Below are positions 48,957 to 59,167 of a stretch of DNA of 64,000 nt, piece after piece; the first letter of the stretch is position 1, and each line of letters opens with the position of its first letter. Below the pieces are notes generated by a model, which did no database searches, was not told the DNA's origin, and worked only from the letters and a program-made list of their open reading frames with translations. Origin of the DNA: Thermoproteota archaeon (GTDB lineage: Archaea; Korarchaeota; Korarchaeia; Korarchaeales; JAOZGB01). The stretch covers positions 352,001 to 416,000 of the forward strand of contig JAVCBU010000006.1 in NCBI GenBank assembly GCA_037917685.1, read 5' to 3'. The translations under genes and the position numbers were made by a program.

Positions 48957-50168
48957 CTAGCCTCCTCTCTGCCATACACTGTATCGTTTTATGATAAACC
49001 AGCCTGCCAGAAAAGCGGCTATCAAGAAGGCCACTAATGCAACCCTAAAGGGTGGCACCCTATCCCTAAGGGATGGTTCTACTATGATGTCTACCTCATC
49101 CTCGACGTACTTGGGTACAGGAATGTTCTCCATGAAGTAAGTTACACGTGCAAACACGCTTCCCCTCTCCCCTGTCTCCACCCTAAGCCTAATGGTGAAA
49201 GATTCTTCGCTTAGAGGCTCAATCGTTCCCAACTTGAAATAGGAGCTCTCCCTCCCAACCTTGACATATACTGTGGCATTTATAGCAGGATACTCAGCCT
49301 TGTTGAATACTGAAAGCGTGATATTAATCTCAGTATGGTTCTTCACGGTTAAAGGTGCATATATGGCTACTTCAAGCTGTGGCGATTTCTCTACGATGAA
49401 TGTTGGGGTATACCTGTAGATAAAGGTTCTATTATCTACATTAAAGCTTATCGTGACATATACCCTGTGAATGCCTCCCTCCACATTTCTCGGCACCGTA
49501 AACTCTTTAGAGTAGGAGAACCTCTCACCGTAGAAAAGTATACTACGGTTCTTAATAATAGTCTCGCGCGTGCGTGCGATAGGAATCGTAATGTTAACCC
49601 TGAAGTCTACAAGATCCTTCTTTGGCTGGGGAAACTCATCATTAATAACCACTACCTTCAATCTCACCTTGTCACCTGGTGCTACAATATTGGGGGCCAG
49701 CTCTACAGAGTGCCACACCGAGTAGGGCTTAATCTTTACCTGCTGGCTCTTCTCAAACTCTACCAGGACTACATCCCCCTCAGGTGTCCTCTCCGCCCCC
49801 CTACCACTTATAGTTACCGTGTATGTTCCCCCTGTGGCATTAATAGGTACGGAAACCCTAACCTTAAGGGTAAACTGGTCGACACCTATTACGGGGTAGA
49901 AGTACCACTTTTCAGTAGCATCTTCATACACAAGATGCTCAGCCAGCCAGCTGGGTGGTTGGAGAAACTTCGGAAGCTTCAAAGTAATATTCATGGATTC
50001 AAGCGTCCTTGGGCAGTCTCCCTTCGTTATGTTCAGGATTATAAGGAAATACCCCCCTGCAATAACCTCCGTAGGATAGAATTCCACATTCCAGTAGTGA
50101 GTAGGCTCTAAAACTGGAGTAACAGCTGGTATTAGGATAAAGCATAATATTATGCCTATCTCCTTCAC
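48957..50168 (-). CDS. Secreted Ig-like (CARDB/NEW3-like) repeat protein with C-terminal TM anchor
   Basis: Signal peptide, about three beta-sandwich repeats (VP.NA..G.Y), C-terminal TM. Confidence 0.7.
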   Translation of the reverse strand: MKEIGIILCFILIPAVTPVLEPTHYWNVEFYPTEVIAGGYFLIILNITKGDCPRTLESMNITLKLPKFLQPPSWLAEHLVYEDATEKWYFYPVIGVDQFTLKVRVSVPINATGGTYTVTISGRGAERTPEGDVVLVEFEKSQQVKIKPYSVWHSVELAPNIVAPGDKVRLKVVVINDEFPQPKKDLVDFRVNITIPIARTRETIIKNRSILFYGERFSYSKEFTVPRNVEGGIHRVYVTISFNVDNRTFIYRYTPTFIVEKSPQLEVAIYAPLTVKNHTEINITLSVFNKAEYPAINATVYVKVGRESSYFKLGTIEPLSEESFTIRLRVETGERGSVFARVTYFMENIPVPKYVEDEVDIIVEPSLRDRVPPFRVALVAFLIAAFLAGWFIIKRYSVWQRGG

Positions 50169-50340
50169 AGTTCCTTAACCTCAAGCTTTTAATTTTAATT
50201 TACGGTATAAACATGAAAATTAGAATAGGCCTTTAAGTAATTTTCCTAGAATCATGTCTGCATCTTTATGTCAAGCTTTATAAGCATTAGCATTAATAAT
50301 TAACATTAATATTTGTAAGACAGCTATTTGAGACAGCCAG

Positions 50341-51081
50341 GTGTCTATCATGGACGCAATTGTGGTTGAAGGCTTGACTAAGAGGTTCAACGGTTTCACA
50401 GCCGTTGATCATATAAACTTCACCGTCAAAAAGGGGATAATATACGGGTTTCTCGGGCCTAATGGGGCCGGAAAGACAACTACTTTAAGAATGCTTTCAA
50501 CTGTGCTTAAACCAACAAGCGGAACTGCTAAGATCCTCGGATACGACATAGTCAAGCAAAAGGAAAAGGTGAGAGAGGTAATAGGACTAGTTCCCGAAGA
50601 GACAGGCGTGTATGACCGGCTTACACCAGTGGAGAATCTCCTATTCTACGGGAAGATCCGAGGACTACAGGAGGGAAAGCTCAGGGACAGGATAAAAGAT
50701 CTACTTGAAAGACTATCCCTATGGGAGAAGAGGAACGAGCTGGCAGGTAAGCTTTCAAAGGGGATGAAGAGAAAGCTTGCGTTTGCAAGGGCAATAATCC
50801 ACAATCCCCCTGTCCTATTCCTAGATGAGCCGACCCTAGGTGTTGATGTGATGAGCGCAAGAGAGATAAGAGAGATGGTGAAAGAGATGGTGAGAGAAGG
50901 TAGGACAGTGGTTTTGTCAAGCCACAACCTTTGGGAAGTACAGAACTTGTGTAGCGAACTATCCATAATAAACAAGGGCAAAATAATATACTCTGGGAGT
51001 ATAGAGAACCTAGAGGGATTATCTAAGAGTAAAGAGCTTGAGGAATTATTTGTGAGGCTTATAAGAGGTGAAGTGGCATGA
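50341..51081 (+). CDS. ABC exporter ATPase (NatA-like)
   Basis: GPNGAGKTT, LSKGMKRK, LDEPT, SSH. Confidence 0.93.
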   Translation: MSIMDAIVVEGLTKRFNGFTAVDHINFTVKKGIIYGFLGPNGAGKTTTLRMLSTVLKPTSGTAKILGYDIVKQKEKVREVIGLVPEETGVYDRLTPVENLLFYGKIRGLQEGKLRDRIKDLLERLSLWEKRNELAGKLSKGMKRKLAFARAIIHNPPVLFLDEPTLGVDVMSAREIREMVKEMVREGRTVVLSSHNLWEVQNLCSELSIINKGKIIYSGSIENLEGLSKSKELEELFVRLIRGEVA

Positions 51082-52319
51082 GGAGGAAGAGGATGATAAC
51101 AGCTTTTATCGGGGAACTCGGGTTCAAGCTTCCGGACAACAAGCTCCTAATAATAGTATGGAGGGAGCTCCTAGACGCCCTTAGAGATAGAAGAACTATA
51201 ATAGCTGCATTCATACTTCCAATCATAACCATACCAGTCTTTATGAACCTACCCCTGTTTTTCATGTCACCAACAAGAAACCCGGCGAGGACTGGTATAG
51301 TTAACCTAGATCCACAGGCCAGCTTTCTAGTTGAAGCGCTAAACGAAACCCTAACCCTAACAGTATTCAACGTGGATCCGAAATCAAATCATACAGCACT
51401 AGTCCAGGAGAACATTTATGACCTAATAGTGATTATACCAGAAGGCTTTACCCACAAGATTACGGGCGGGGAATCTGTAAACCTAACAGTTATCTACGAC
51501 CCCTCAAGCATGGTGTCAGAGACAGGTAGAACAACAGTCACAGTGATAGTAAACGAGATATCCAAGTCTATAACGTATCAGAGGCTATCCAAGCTTAACA
51601 TTTCCAGGGAGATCATAGAACCCATAAAAATATCAAGCATAACAGTCAGGAAAGTAGGATTCGGCGAGGTTATGGCTTCAATAATGCTCCCAATATTCGT
51701 TGCGGTTTTCTCTGTAGCTGGAGCCGCAAGCTTCGTATTCGACTCTACAGCCGGTGAAAAGGAGCGGAGAACACTTGAAGTCCTCATCTCAAGCCCCACA
51801 CCAAGCAGAACGCTAATAGCGGGGAAGTATCTTAGTGCAACTCTAATAACACTGATAATAGGGATCCTAACAGCATTAAGCCTGATACTAAGTATGCAGA
51901 TACAAATAAGCCTCTTCCAAACAGGCGAGGCTTCAGCAGCATTTCTCAAGTTCTCACCCAGCCTTGTAGCAGGGCTACTAGCATCGGTAGTCATCGGGGG
52001 ACTAACAGGAAACGCCCTCACCATGGCCCTCGGCGTGTTCGCGAAGAGCTTCAGGGAGGCCCAGCAATACTTCGGCGCGTTGAACACAATAATAATGGTG
52101 CCAGCAATAATAGTAGCGTATCTACCCCCAAGAATGCTCAACTTCACCCTATACCTACCTATAGCCTCCCTTGTGGCTATACTAAGGAAAATAATAGTTA
52201 AAACAGCCACCATACCCAACATAGTGGTGGCATACGGGGTTTCAATCATCTACCTGGTAATCTTCATTTGGACAGCGGTGAAGCTATTCAGAAGCGAAAG
52301 GGTGCTCTTCCGAGTATAA
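51078..52319 (+). CDS. ABC exporter permease (NatB-like)
   Basis: ELLDALRDRRT, AGEKERRTLE, GKY, AKSFREAQ. Confidence 0.9.
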   Translation: MRRKRMITAFIGELGFKLPDNKLLIIVWRELLDALRDRRTIIAAFILPIITIPVFMNLPLFFMSPTRNPARTGIVNLDPQASFLVEALNETLTLTVFNVDPKSNHTALVQENIYDLIVIIPEGFTHKITGGESVNLTVIYDPSSMVSETGRTTVTVIVNEISKSITYQRLSKLNISREIIEPIKISSITVRKVGFGEVMASIMLPIFVAVFSVAGAASFVFDSTAGEKERRTLEVLISSPTPSRTLIAGKYLSATLITLIIGILTALSLILSMQIQISLFQTGEASAAFLKFSPSLVAGLLASVVIGGLTGNALTMALGVFAKSFREAQQYFGALNTIIMVPAIIVAYLPPRMLNFTLYLPIASLVAILRKIIVKTATIPNIVVAYGVSIIYLVIFIWTAVKLFRSERVLFRV

Positions 52320-52350
52320 ATTTAAGAGGATAGTAGAGGATAGACAGATT

Positions 52351-53019
52351 ATGAGAGTTACCTACCTTGGCCATGCAGCCTTTAAAGTAGTGTTAAACGG
52401 TAAAACCCTCCTATTTGACCCATGGCTTACGGGAAACCCGGCCGCCCCCCTGAAGGTTGAAGACGTAAAGGAGGCTGACTACATATTTGTAAGCCATGAT
52501 CACGGAGACCACGGGTTAGAGGATGCTGTAAAGATTTCCAAGAAGACGGGAGCACCCATAGTAGCGATCTTCGAGGTTGCAAATAAAGCGTCCGGTATGG
52601 GTGCCAAAACCGTTGACGGAAACATAGGAGGGCCTATAAGGATAGACGGACTCAAAGTTGTAATAACAGAGGCTGTGCACTCCTCAGCAAGCGGGTCGCC
52701 AACCGGCTTTGTTGTGAAAGCCGGGGGCGAAGCACTATACCATGCGGGAGACACAGGCCTGTTCTCAGGTATGGAGCTCATAGGAAGACTTTACGAGTTA
52801 AAGGTAGCACTACTACCCATAGGAGGACACTACACCATGGGTCCCAGAGAAGCCGCTATAGCAGCAAGCCTACTTAGGCCGGAGTACGTGGTGCCTATGC
52901 ACTACGCAACTTTCCCGGTTCTATGGGGAACCCCAGAGATATTCAAGGAGGAGCTTGAAAAAACGTATCCCAAGGCTAAGCTGGTGGTTCTCAAGCCAGG
53001 CGAGACAGCTGAGATATAG
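52351..53019 (+). CDS. UPF0173 MBL-fold metal-dependent hydrolase
   Basis: LGHAAF, DPWL, SHDHGDH, HSS, YHAGDT, PMHY. Confidence 0.92.
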   Translation: MRVTYLGHAAFKVVLNGKTLLFDPWLTGNPAAPLKVEDVKEADYIFVSHDHGDHGLEDAVKISKKTGAPIVAIFEVANKASGMGAKTVDGNIGGPIRIDGLKVVITEAVHSSASGSPTGFVVKAGGEALYHAGDTGLFSGMELIGRLYELKVALLPIGGHYTMGPREAAIAASLLRPEYVVPMHYATFPVLWGTPEIFKEELEKTYPKAKLVVLKPGETAEI

Positions 53020-53056
53020 CTCGATAAGAATATAAGCAGGATAGGAGTAGGTATAG

Positions 53057-53111
53057 TGGGATGATGAATCGGAAGATCCCGATCAATGACGAATTTGCCG
53101 ATTTCTGACCA
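53057..53111 (+). ncRNA. C/D box guide sRNA
   Basis: C ATGATGA 53061-67, D' CCGA 53079-82, C' ATGACGA 53086-92, D CTGA 53105-08, short GG/CC terminal stem; intergenic. Confidence 0.87.
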
Positions 53112-53259
53112 TCATTAGCCATTCACATTTAGACAGGGTAATAACCCGCTTATACCAGCCTTAAGCATGTTATAAAGCTGGAAATCAGGTCTGAAGGTTC
53201 TCCCACCAATAGATACTTTTATTTTTATCCCAGCTCTAAACTATTGGGTGAAGCGTTAG

Positions 53260-54555
53260 GTGGTTATTGTTAAGCAAACCTTCAGAGAGGCCGCCTACGA
53301 CTTTTCCACGTGGACCGGGTTCATACCCGAGTCTGAGATTAGGCGGCTCCTCCGATACCAGGTAAAATACTATTTTGGCGGCGGTAAACCTGGTATTGTT
53401 CCGGTTGAAGCTTTCGCCAAGATTTTAAAAGAACTGTCTGAGAGGCAGCTTAAAGACGTGGCTCAAGGGAATACTTTGAAAGTTGTAAACGAATACAACT
53501 ACGGCCCAACCCAGGGTATTCAAGGCTTCAGAGAGGTCCTCGCAAGAAGGCTGAGACGTGTCGATAACCTTGACATCACGGCTGACGACATCCTAGTAAC
53601 CACAGGCTCACAGCAGTGCCTATACGCTATCCTAGACGTGCTAATAGACCCGGGAGACGTCATCATCACCACCGCACCTGTCTACCTAGGTTTTGTCACG
53701 CCCGCCGAGAAGCTAGGCGCACAGGTAATTTGCGTGCCAACCGATCTAGAGGGTATAATCCCTGAGTATGTGGAGGAAGCGATTCTCAAATCTATCAGAG
53801 ACTTCGCTAAGAAGCCCGAAATAATATATGTCGTTCCGGACTCGGACAATCCTAAGGGCACAACCATGCCCTATAAAAGGCGTGAAACACTATTCGAGAT
53901 AGCAGAGGAATATAACATCCTAATAATAGAAGACGCAGCCTACAGGGAAATACAGTTCGCTGAGCTGAAGCTTCCAGCGATAAAGACATTCGACGAGTAC
54001 AATACTAGGGTTGCATATCTAAGGACAACGTCTAAGGAGGCTGCAGTCTTCAGGGTAGGATACTCGGTAATGCCCAAGAAGCTCATGGAACAAGTCGTCA
54101 AGGACAAAGGGTTCCTGGACCTTTGCACAGCAACCATTGTTCAGGAAATTCTGTCGATATACTACGAAAAATACATAGACAAGGTTCTGCCAGAGATAGT
54201 CAGGGGTTACAAGGAGAGGAGAGACGATATGGTAAAGACTATAGATGAATACTTCCCAGCAGGCCTTAGAACAGACCCTACAGGAGGTTTCTTCGTATGG
54301 TGGGAGTCTGAAAACGACGGATTCGACTCCAAAAAGTTCCTGGAGCGTGTAGCAATTCCAAATGATATTTTGTACGTGCCGGGGCACGCGTTCTACCCGT
54401 TGAGAGGGCTGTTCTACAATCCGTCTAACAGGGAGTTCACAAGGCTTAACGTGCCGCGGAATGCCATGAGGATAAACTATAGCTTCCCCACTCCACAACT
54501 TATTAGAGAGGGGATATCAAGACTGGGTAGCCTGTTAAAGAAGGAGCTGGGATGA
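53260..54555 (+). CDS. Class I/II PLP aminotransferase (ARO8/LysN-like)
   Basis: YGPTQG, TGSQ, NPKG, IEDAAY, TTSK...RVG, GGFF. Confidence 0.9.
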   Translation: MVIVKQTFREAAYDFSTWTGFIPESEIRRLLRYQVKYYFGGGKPGIVPVEAFAKILKELSERQLKDVAQGNTLKVVNEYNYGPTQGIQGFREVLARRLRRVDNLDITADDILVTTGSQQCLYAILDVLIDPGDVIITTAPVYLGFVTPAEKLGAQVICVPTDLEGIIPEYVEEAILKSIRDFAKKPEIIYVVPDSDNPKGTTMPYKRRETLFEIAEEYNILIIEDAAYREIQFAELKLPAIKTFDEYNTRVAYLRTTSKEAAVFRVGYSVMPKKLMEQVVKDKGFLDLCTATIVQEILSIYYEKYIDKVLPEIVRGYKERRDDMVKTIDEYFPAGLRTDPTGGFFVWWESENDGFDSKKFLERVAIPNDILYVPGHAFYPLRGLFYNPSNREFTRLNVPRNAMRINYSFPTPQLIREGISRLGSLLKKELG

Positions 54556-54715
54556 AATACTGGTGTAAGCCCAAGCTTTATTACTTACAGTCCACGATTG
54601 AAGGCTGCATTCAAGAGCTCGGGTTCCCCCTTGGATTTGCTGCTACACGTGCATTCGATGTGAGAGGGACGAAATGGTTTAGCTTTATCTTAAAACGAAG
54701 TGTCCATATAATGTA

Positions 54716-55444
54716 ATGCTTGAGATTGAAGATCTCTGGGTATCAGTTGGGAACAGAACAGTTCTGAGGGGTGTAAATCTCTCTATTCCCAAGGGCGAAG
54801 TTCACGTGTTGTTCGGTCCAAACGGCTCCGGGAAATCAACCCTGATTTACTCAGTGCTTGGTTTTAAAGGCTATAATGTTGTGAGGGGTCGTATATCCTT
54901 TAAAGGGGTAGACATCACCAACATGCCTATAAATGAAAGGGTAAAGCTTGGCCTAGGCGTAGCGTTCCAGAAGCCCCCCGTTATGAAGGGTGTCAAACTC
55001 ATCGACGTTTTAAATGCGGTTGGGAAAACCTTTAACAGGAAGATAGACGTTAACAAAATACTGAAAGACGTAGAGCTCGATAAAGGCTTCCTTAAGAGAG
55101 ATCTTAACAGGGGGTTCTCAGGTGGCGAGTCTAAGAAGGCTGAGGTAGTCCAGCTTCTAGCAATGAACCCTGACTTCCTGATTCTGGACGAGCCGGACTC
55201 CGGGGTAGACGTTGAAAACGTAGAGAGGCTTGGAAGAATCTTAAACAGGCAGCTCAGGGGTAAATCAGGGCTAATAATAACCCATCAAGGCTTCATCCTG
55301 AAATACATTGATGTAGACCTTGCCCATGTCATGATAGACGGGGAGATCGTATGTAGCGGAGACCCAGACAGAACCCTTAGCCAGATACTAAGCATGGGAT
55401 ATGGATGGTGTGAGAAATGCAAAGGTCTAAGGAGGAAGTTATGA
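54716..55444 (+). CDS. sufC: Fe-S assembly ATPase SufC (SmsC-type)
   Basis: GPNGSGKST, AFQ.P, GFSGGE, LDEPDSGVD, ITH, C-terminal CEKC. Confidence 0.93.
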   Translation: MLEIEDLWVSVGNRTVLRGVNLSIPKGEVHVLFGPNGSGKSTLIYSVLGFKGYNVVRGRISFKGVDITNMPINERVKLGLGVAFQKPPVMKGVKLIDVLNAVGKTFNRKIDVNKILKDVELDKGFLKRDLNRGFSGGESKKAEVVQLLAMNPDFLILDEPDSGVDVENVERLGRILNRQLRGKSGLIITHQGFILKYIDVDLAHVMIDGEIVCSGDPDRTLSQILSMGYGWCEKCKGLRRKL

Positions 55445-56619
55445 AGGCATTAAGCATACCATCAAGGTATGGTCCAGACATAGACGTCAACATGTACAGC
55501 CCTTCAAGAAGCAGCTATGCATCAGTAACTGAGGAAATGACCCTCAGGGCCCTCGACGTTGGTGTAACAGCTGAGGGGCGCGCTGGCACCTACTTCCAGG
55601 TTGACAGCTCCACCGTAAAGGAATCTGTTGAAGAGATGTACCATGGCAAAGTAGAGATATCAAGTATCAAAGAAGCTCTTAGAAACCATACTTGGCTTAA
55701 AGAATACTACTGGAAGGCAGTAGACCCAGCAGCCGATAAGTATACAGCTACAGCATACTTTGAGGGGGTGCTAGGGTACTTCATAAGGATAAGAGAGGGA
55801 GAAAAGGTGGATCTACCGGTTCAATCATGCCTATACATGGCATCCCAGGGGGGAAGACAGGTAGTACACAACATCATAGTAGCCGAGCCGGGCTCGGAGG
55901 CACACCTGATAACAGGCTGCGTAACAGGCAAACAGGTGGATACCGGGCTCCATATAGGCGTATCAGAGTTCTACGTTGGGAGAGATGCCCACCTAACGTT
56001 CACCATGTTCCACGACTGGGGCCGAAACCTCCACGTGAGACCAAGAACCGGGATCATACTTGAAAATGGGGCGAGCTTCACCAGTAACTACATACTCCTC
56101 AGACCTGTAGGCAGCGTCCAGACATACCCCTACGCATTTTGCAGTGGAGACTCATGTGCTGTAAGGTTCACATCGCTAATCTACGGAGCCTCATCATCAA
56201 TCATAGATGTCGGGGCAAAGGCGATCCTTAAAGGCGAAGACTCGAAGGCTGAGATAATTTCAAGAGTAATAGCAACAGAACATTCCAAGATATACGCCAG
56301 AGGGTTACTGAAAGGCTTAAACAAATCTTCAAGAGGGCATCTCGAATGTTCAGGCCTACTTCTATCGGAGAATGCCGAGATACACGCTATTCCGGAGCTG
56401 CAGGGCATAGCGATGGGCGCGAACCTGACACACGAGGCAGCCATCGGAAAAATAGCCGAGGAGGAGATACAGTACCTTATGGCCCGGGGTCTAAGCGAGG
56501 AGGAGGCAACGAGCCTTCTAATAAGAGGTTTCATGGATGTGGAAATCCTCGGACTACCACCACACCTCACAAGGCAGGTAGACCTGATGATTAGCAAAGT
56601 TTTAAAGGGAGCATTCTAG
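55417..56619 (+). CDS. sufB: Fe-S scaffold SufB/SufD family (SmsB-type)
   Basis: Q.VHNIIVAE, ITGC, GHLECSGL, IPEL, LTHEAAIG, YLMARG. Confidence 0.92.
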   Translation: MQRSKEEVMKALSIPSRYGPDIDVNMYSPSRSSYASVTEEMTLRALDVGVTAEGRAGTYFQVDSSTVKESVEEMYHGKVEISSIKEALRNHTWLKEYYWKAVDPAADKYTATAYFEGVLGYFIRIREGEKVDLPVQSCLYMASQGGRQVVHNIIVAEPGSEAHLITGCVTGKQVDTGLHIGVSEFYVGRDAHLTFTMFHDWGRNLHVRPRTGIILENGASFTSNYILLRPVGSVQTYPYAFCSGDSCAVRFTSLIYGASSSIIDVGAKAILKGEDSKAEIISRVIATEHSKIYARGLLKGLNKSSRGHLECSGLLLSENAEIHAIPELQGIAMGANLTHEAAIGKIAEEEIQYLMARGLSEEEATSLLIRGFMDVEILGLPPHLTRQVDLMISKVLKGAF

Positions 56620-57296
56620 CCTTGCCCTCCTAAAGCCTCTTCATACGCGCATAGAAGCTTACATAGCACCACCCAGGCGTCTAGGGGCCTCTCGTACACT
56701 GAAACTTTGTAGTCAGCTCTATCCAGAACCCTTTCAGGTAGTTCACCGTGGGGAAACGCGCCGACTACTACTAGGGGGTTTTTAACCTGGCTGAACAGTT
56801 GCCTAAGCTTTCCAGGTGGGTAGTAGTCCCCCTTCTCGGTGAAAGCTATAACTTCGTACCCTGGAAACCTGTCGAAAACATCCGATATTTCGCCTTTCTC
56901 CGCCTCCATCAGCGGCTCCCCAGTCGGCGGTACCCTCCCCAGTCTAAGGAGCTGGCTCATGAGCCCCTTAAACCTTTCATAGTGTCTAGGGAGCCTAACG
57001 TTATCGCCGATCCTTATGATTATGTCCCTGCAGGTGTGCACTATTATCCTAAGCTTCCCCTCCCTGTACAGCGGAGAGCCTGTCAAGGTTAGAAGGCAGA
57101 AATGGACGATGTCAGGTCTACCTCTCCGCCTCCAGCCCTTAAGAGTCTTCATCGCTGTGTGATGCAGGGAATCATCAAGGATAATATTGAGGGGAGATGT
57201 ACCCCTGCGCCTTGCATGCCGCACTATTATCGGGTGATAAGCTATCTTCACTGGGACTGTTTCAAGTGAGGCATCGGCAAGTACAACTGTAAGCAT
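56616..57296 (-). CDS. nep1: rRNA pseudouridine N1-methyltransferase Nep1/EMG1
   Basis: LETVP, ILD.S.H, GRPDIVH, RLPR.Y.RF.GLM.QL, GAFPHG. Confidence 0.94.
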   Translation of the reverse strand: MLTVVLADASLETVPVKIAYHPIIVRHARRRGTSPLNIILDDSLHHTAMKTLKGWRRRGRPDIVHFCLLTLTGSPLYREGKLRIIVHTCRDIIIRIGDNVRLPRHYERFKGLMSQLLRLGRVPPTGEPLMEAEKGEISDVFDRFPGYEVIAFTEKGDYYPPGKLRQLFSQVKNPLVVVGAFPHGELPERVLDRADYKVSVYERPLDAWVVLCKLLCAYEEALGGQG

Positions 57297-57298
57297 TG

Positions 57299-58618
57299 CT
57301 ATCTTATCCTAATATACTCGTAAGCCTTTTTCGACGGTTCAAAGCAGTACTTAACCTCCTGGAAGTCCCTTCTAAACTCCCTGACATCATCCGCAACCTT
57401 CCCGGGATCCTCCTTGTCGATGATAACTCTCTTGATGAAGCTGGCTACATCCTTCATATCCTCCTCTCTCATGCCTAGCCTTGTGATCTCCGAGGTTCCA
57501 AGCCTTATGCCTCCAGGCTTTCTAAAGTCCCTCCCCATCTTTATGTCCCATGGAAGCAGGTTTCTATTTACGATTATCCCAGCATCCTCCAAGGCCTTCT
57601 CAGCCCATGCACCATCACCGTACTCGGAGATGTCCACTAGGATTGTATGGCTCTCCGTGAAGCCTCTATCCGCTGCTACAACCTTAAACCCTATGTCATA
57701 TAGCGCCTGGCCCAAGGCCTTAGCATTCTTTATAACCTGCCCCGCATACTCCCTGCCAAACTCCAGGAACTCCGCCGCCGCCACCGCCAAGGCTGCAACG
57801 TTATGCAGATGGTGGTTACTTGTAACCCCCGGGAACACAGCCTTCTTAATCTTCTCCATATGCTCATCATTATCTGTTATAATCCCACCATGCTGCGGCC
57901 CGAACAGTGTCTTATGCGTGGAAAAGGACACAGTGTCAGCCCCCTCCTTAAGCGGGTCTTGGAAGTAGCCTGCAGCTATAAGTCCTGCGACATGTGCAGC
58001 GTCATAGTTCACAATAGCCCCAACCTCCCTGGCAGCCTCAGATATTTCCCTAACTGGATCCGGGAATAGGAACACGCTCGCGCCAAGCATTATAAGCTTT
58101 GGCTTATACTTCCTGATCCTCTCAACAGTTCTGTCAACGTCAACCTCCATCTTTTCATAGTCAACCGCAAGGTACTCCACGTTTAGCCCGTGAACAGCAC
58201 CAGCAGTCCCTCCAATGTGGGTTCCCTTCTTCCCTATAAGAGGGCCCATGCTGATATGGCCGCCTGAAACTATGCTTCTAGCCATCATCGTGTCTCCAGG
58301 CTTTGTGAAAGCGGTATATATGGCAAGGTTAGCCACAACGCCCGATACAGGCCTAACATCCGCGTGCTTGCATCTGAAAAGCTTTTTCACAAGCTCTATA
58401 CATAGAAGTTCAACCTGGTCTATGTACCTGCAGCCGGCGTAAACCCTTTCGCCAGGCCATCCCTCAGCATACCTGTGGCTGAAATCACATACCTCAGCCT
58501 CCTTAACAGCCGGGGAGACAATATTCTCCGAAGCTATTAGGGGAATGGCGCCCTCAAACCACCTGTGATGCTCCTCAAGAAGGCTGAAAACCTTATCATA
58601 GTAATCCCTACCGCTCAC
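57299..58618 (-). CDS. glyA: Serine hydroxymethyltransferase
   Basis: LIASEN, RYAEG, SG..AN, GGHIS, DAAH, STHKT..GP, GIRLGT. Confidence 0.96.
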   Translation of the reverse strand: MSGRDYYDKVFSLLEEHHRWFEGAIPLIASENIVSPAVKEAEVCDFSHRYAEGWPGERVYAGCRYIDQVELLCIELVKKLFRCKHADVRPVSGVVANLAIYTAFTKPGDTMMARSIVSGGHISMGPLIGKKGTHIGGTAGAVHGLNVEYLAVDYEKMEVDVDRTVERIRKYKPKLIMLGASVFLFPDPVREISEAAREVGAIVNYDAAHVAGLIAAGYFQDPLKEGADTVSFSTHKTLFGPQHGGIITDNDEHMEKIKKAVFPGVTSNHHLHNVAALAVAAAEFLEFGREYAGQVIKNAKALGQALYDIGFKVVAADRGFTESHTILVDISEYGDGAWAEKALEDAGIIVNRNLLPWDIKMGRDFRKPGGIRLGTSEITRLGMREEDMKDVASFIKRVIIDKEDPGKVADDVREFRRDFQEVKYCFEPSKKAYEYIRIR

Positions 58619-59163
58619 CCCTCCTCCACCTCACCATGCCTATAGGGCTCACCAACTATTAAGCAGTAGGGGTCACCCTTAGCGATACACTTAGGCTCCC
58701 TAGCTACAATCCTAACATCCAGCCCTGACGTGTCAGCGATAAACTGGAGTATGCCAGCGATACCACCACGCCAAGAGTGGCATACAGACCTTTCAGCTTC
58801 CTTCCACTCCTCCGCTATCGAAGCGTCGATCCTAACCTCAGCTCTTGGAGTGTCTGGGTCGAAGCTCACAATCTTAAAGCTTCCCCACCCCCTCAACGAG
58901 GCATCATGCAGGTACTTCTTCAGGATATCTCCGCCCTTAACCTTGAATATATCTGACTGGTGCTGCGCAAACATATACCCGCTCTTAAAGCCAGCCCTGT
59001 ACATCACGGTCCTAGCAGCGTTAACCCCTAAAACCTCCTCGACACTCTGCTGTATGAAAGCTATATAGTTCCTAGTAGTCAATATCATAGGATAACCGTC
59101 TAAAACAAGCCTCCCATCCTCGTCGATCTTCAGCCGTAGGAGAAGATCTTTAAGCTCATCCAT
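58615..59163 (-). CDS. Stand-alone V4R (4-vinyl reductase) domain protein
   Basis: GWG, CH...G..AG, E..CIAKGDPYC Zn-ligand pattern; GGTGA RBS before ATG 59163. Confidence 0.88.
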   Translation of the reverse strand: MDELKDLLLRLKIDEDGRLVLDGYPMILTTRNYIAFIQQSVEEVLGVNAARTVMYRAGFKSGYMFAQHQSDIFKVKGGDILKKYLHDASLRGWGSFKIVSFDPDTPRAEVRIDASIAEEWKEAERSVCHSWRGGIAGILQFIADTSGLDVRIVAREPKCIAKGDPYCLIVGEPYRHGEVEEG

Positions 59164-59167
59164 AACA

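Noticed and set aside
54556-54715. Possible structured RNA upstream of sufC (TTGAA/TTCAA hairpin)
   Set aside because: Only a 5-bp stem; no C/D, H/ACA or tRNA features and no credible ORF.
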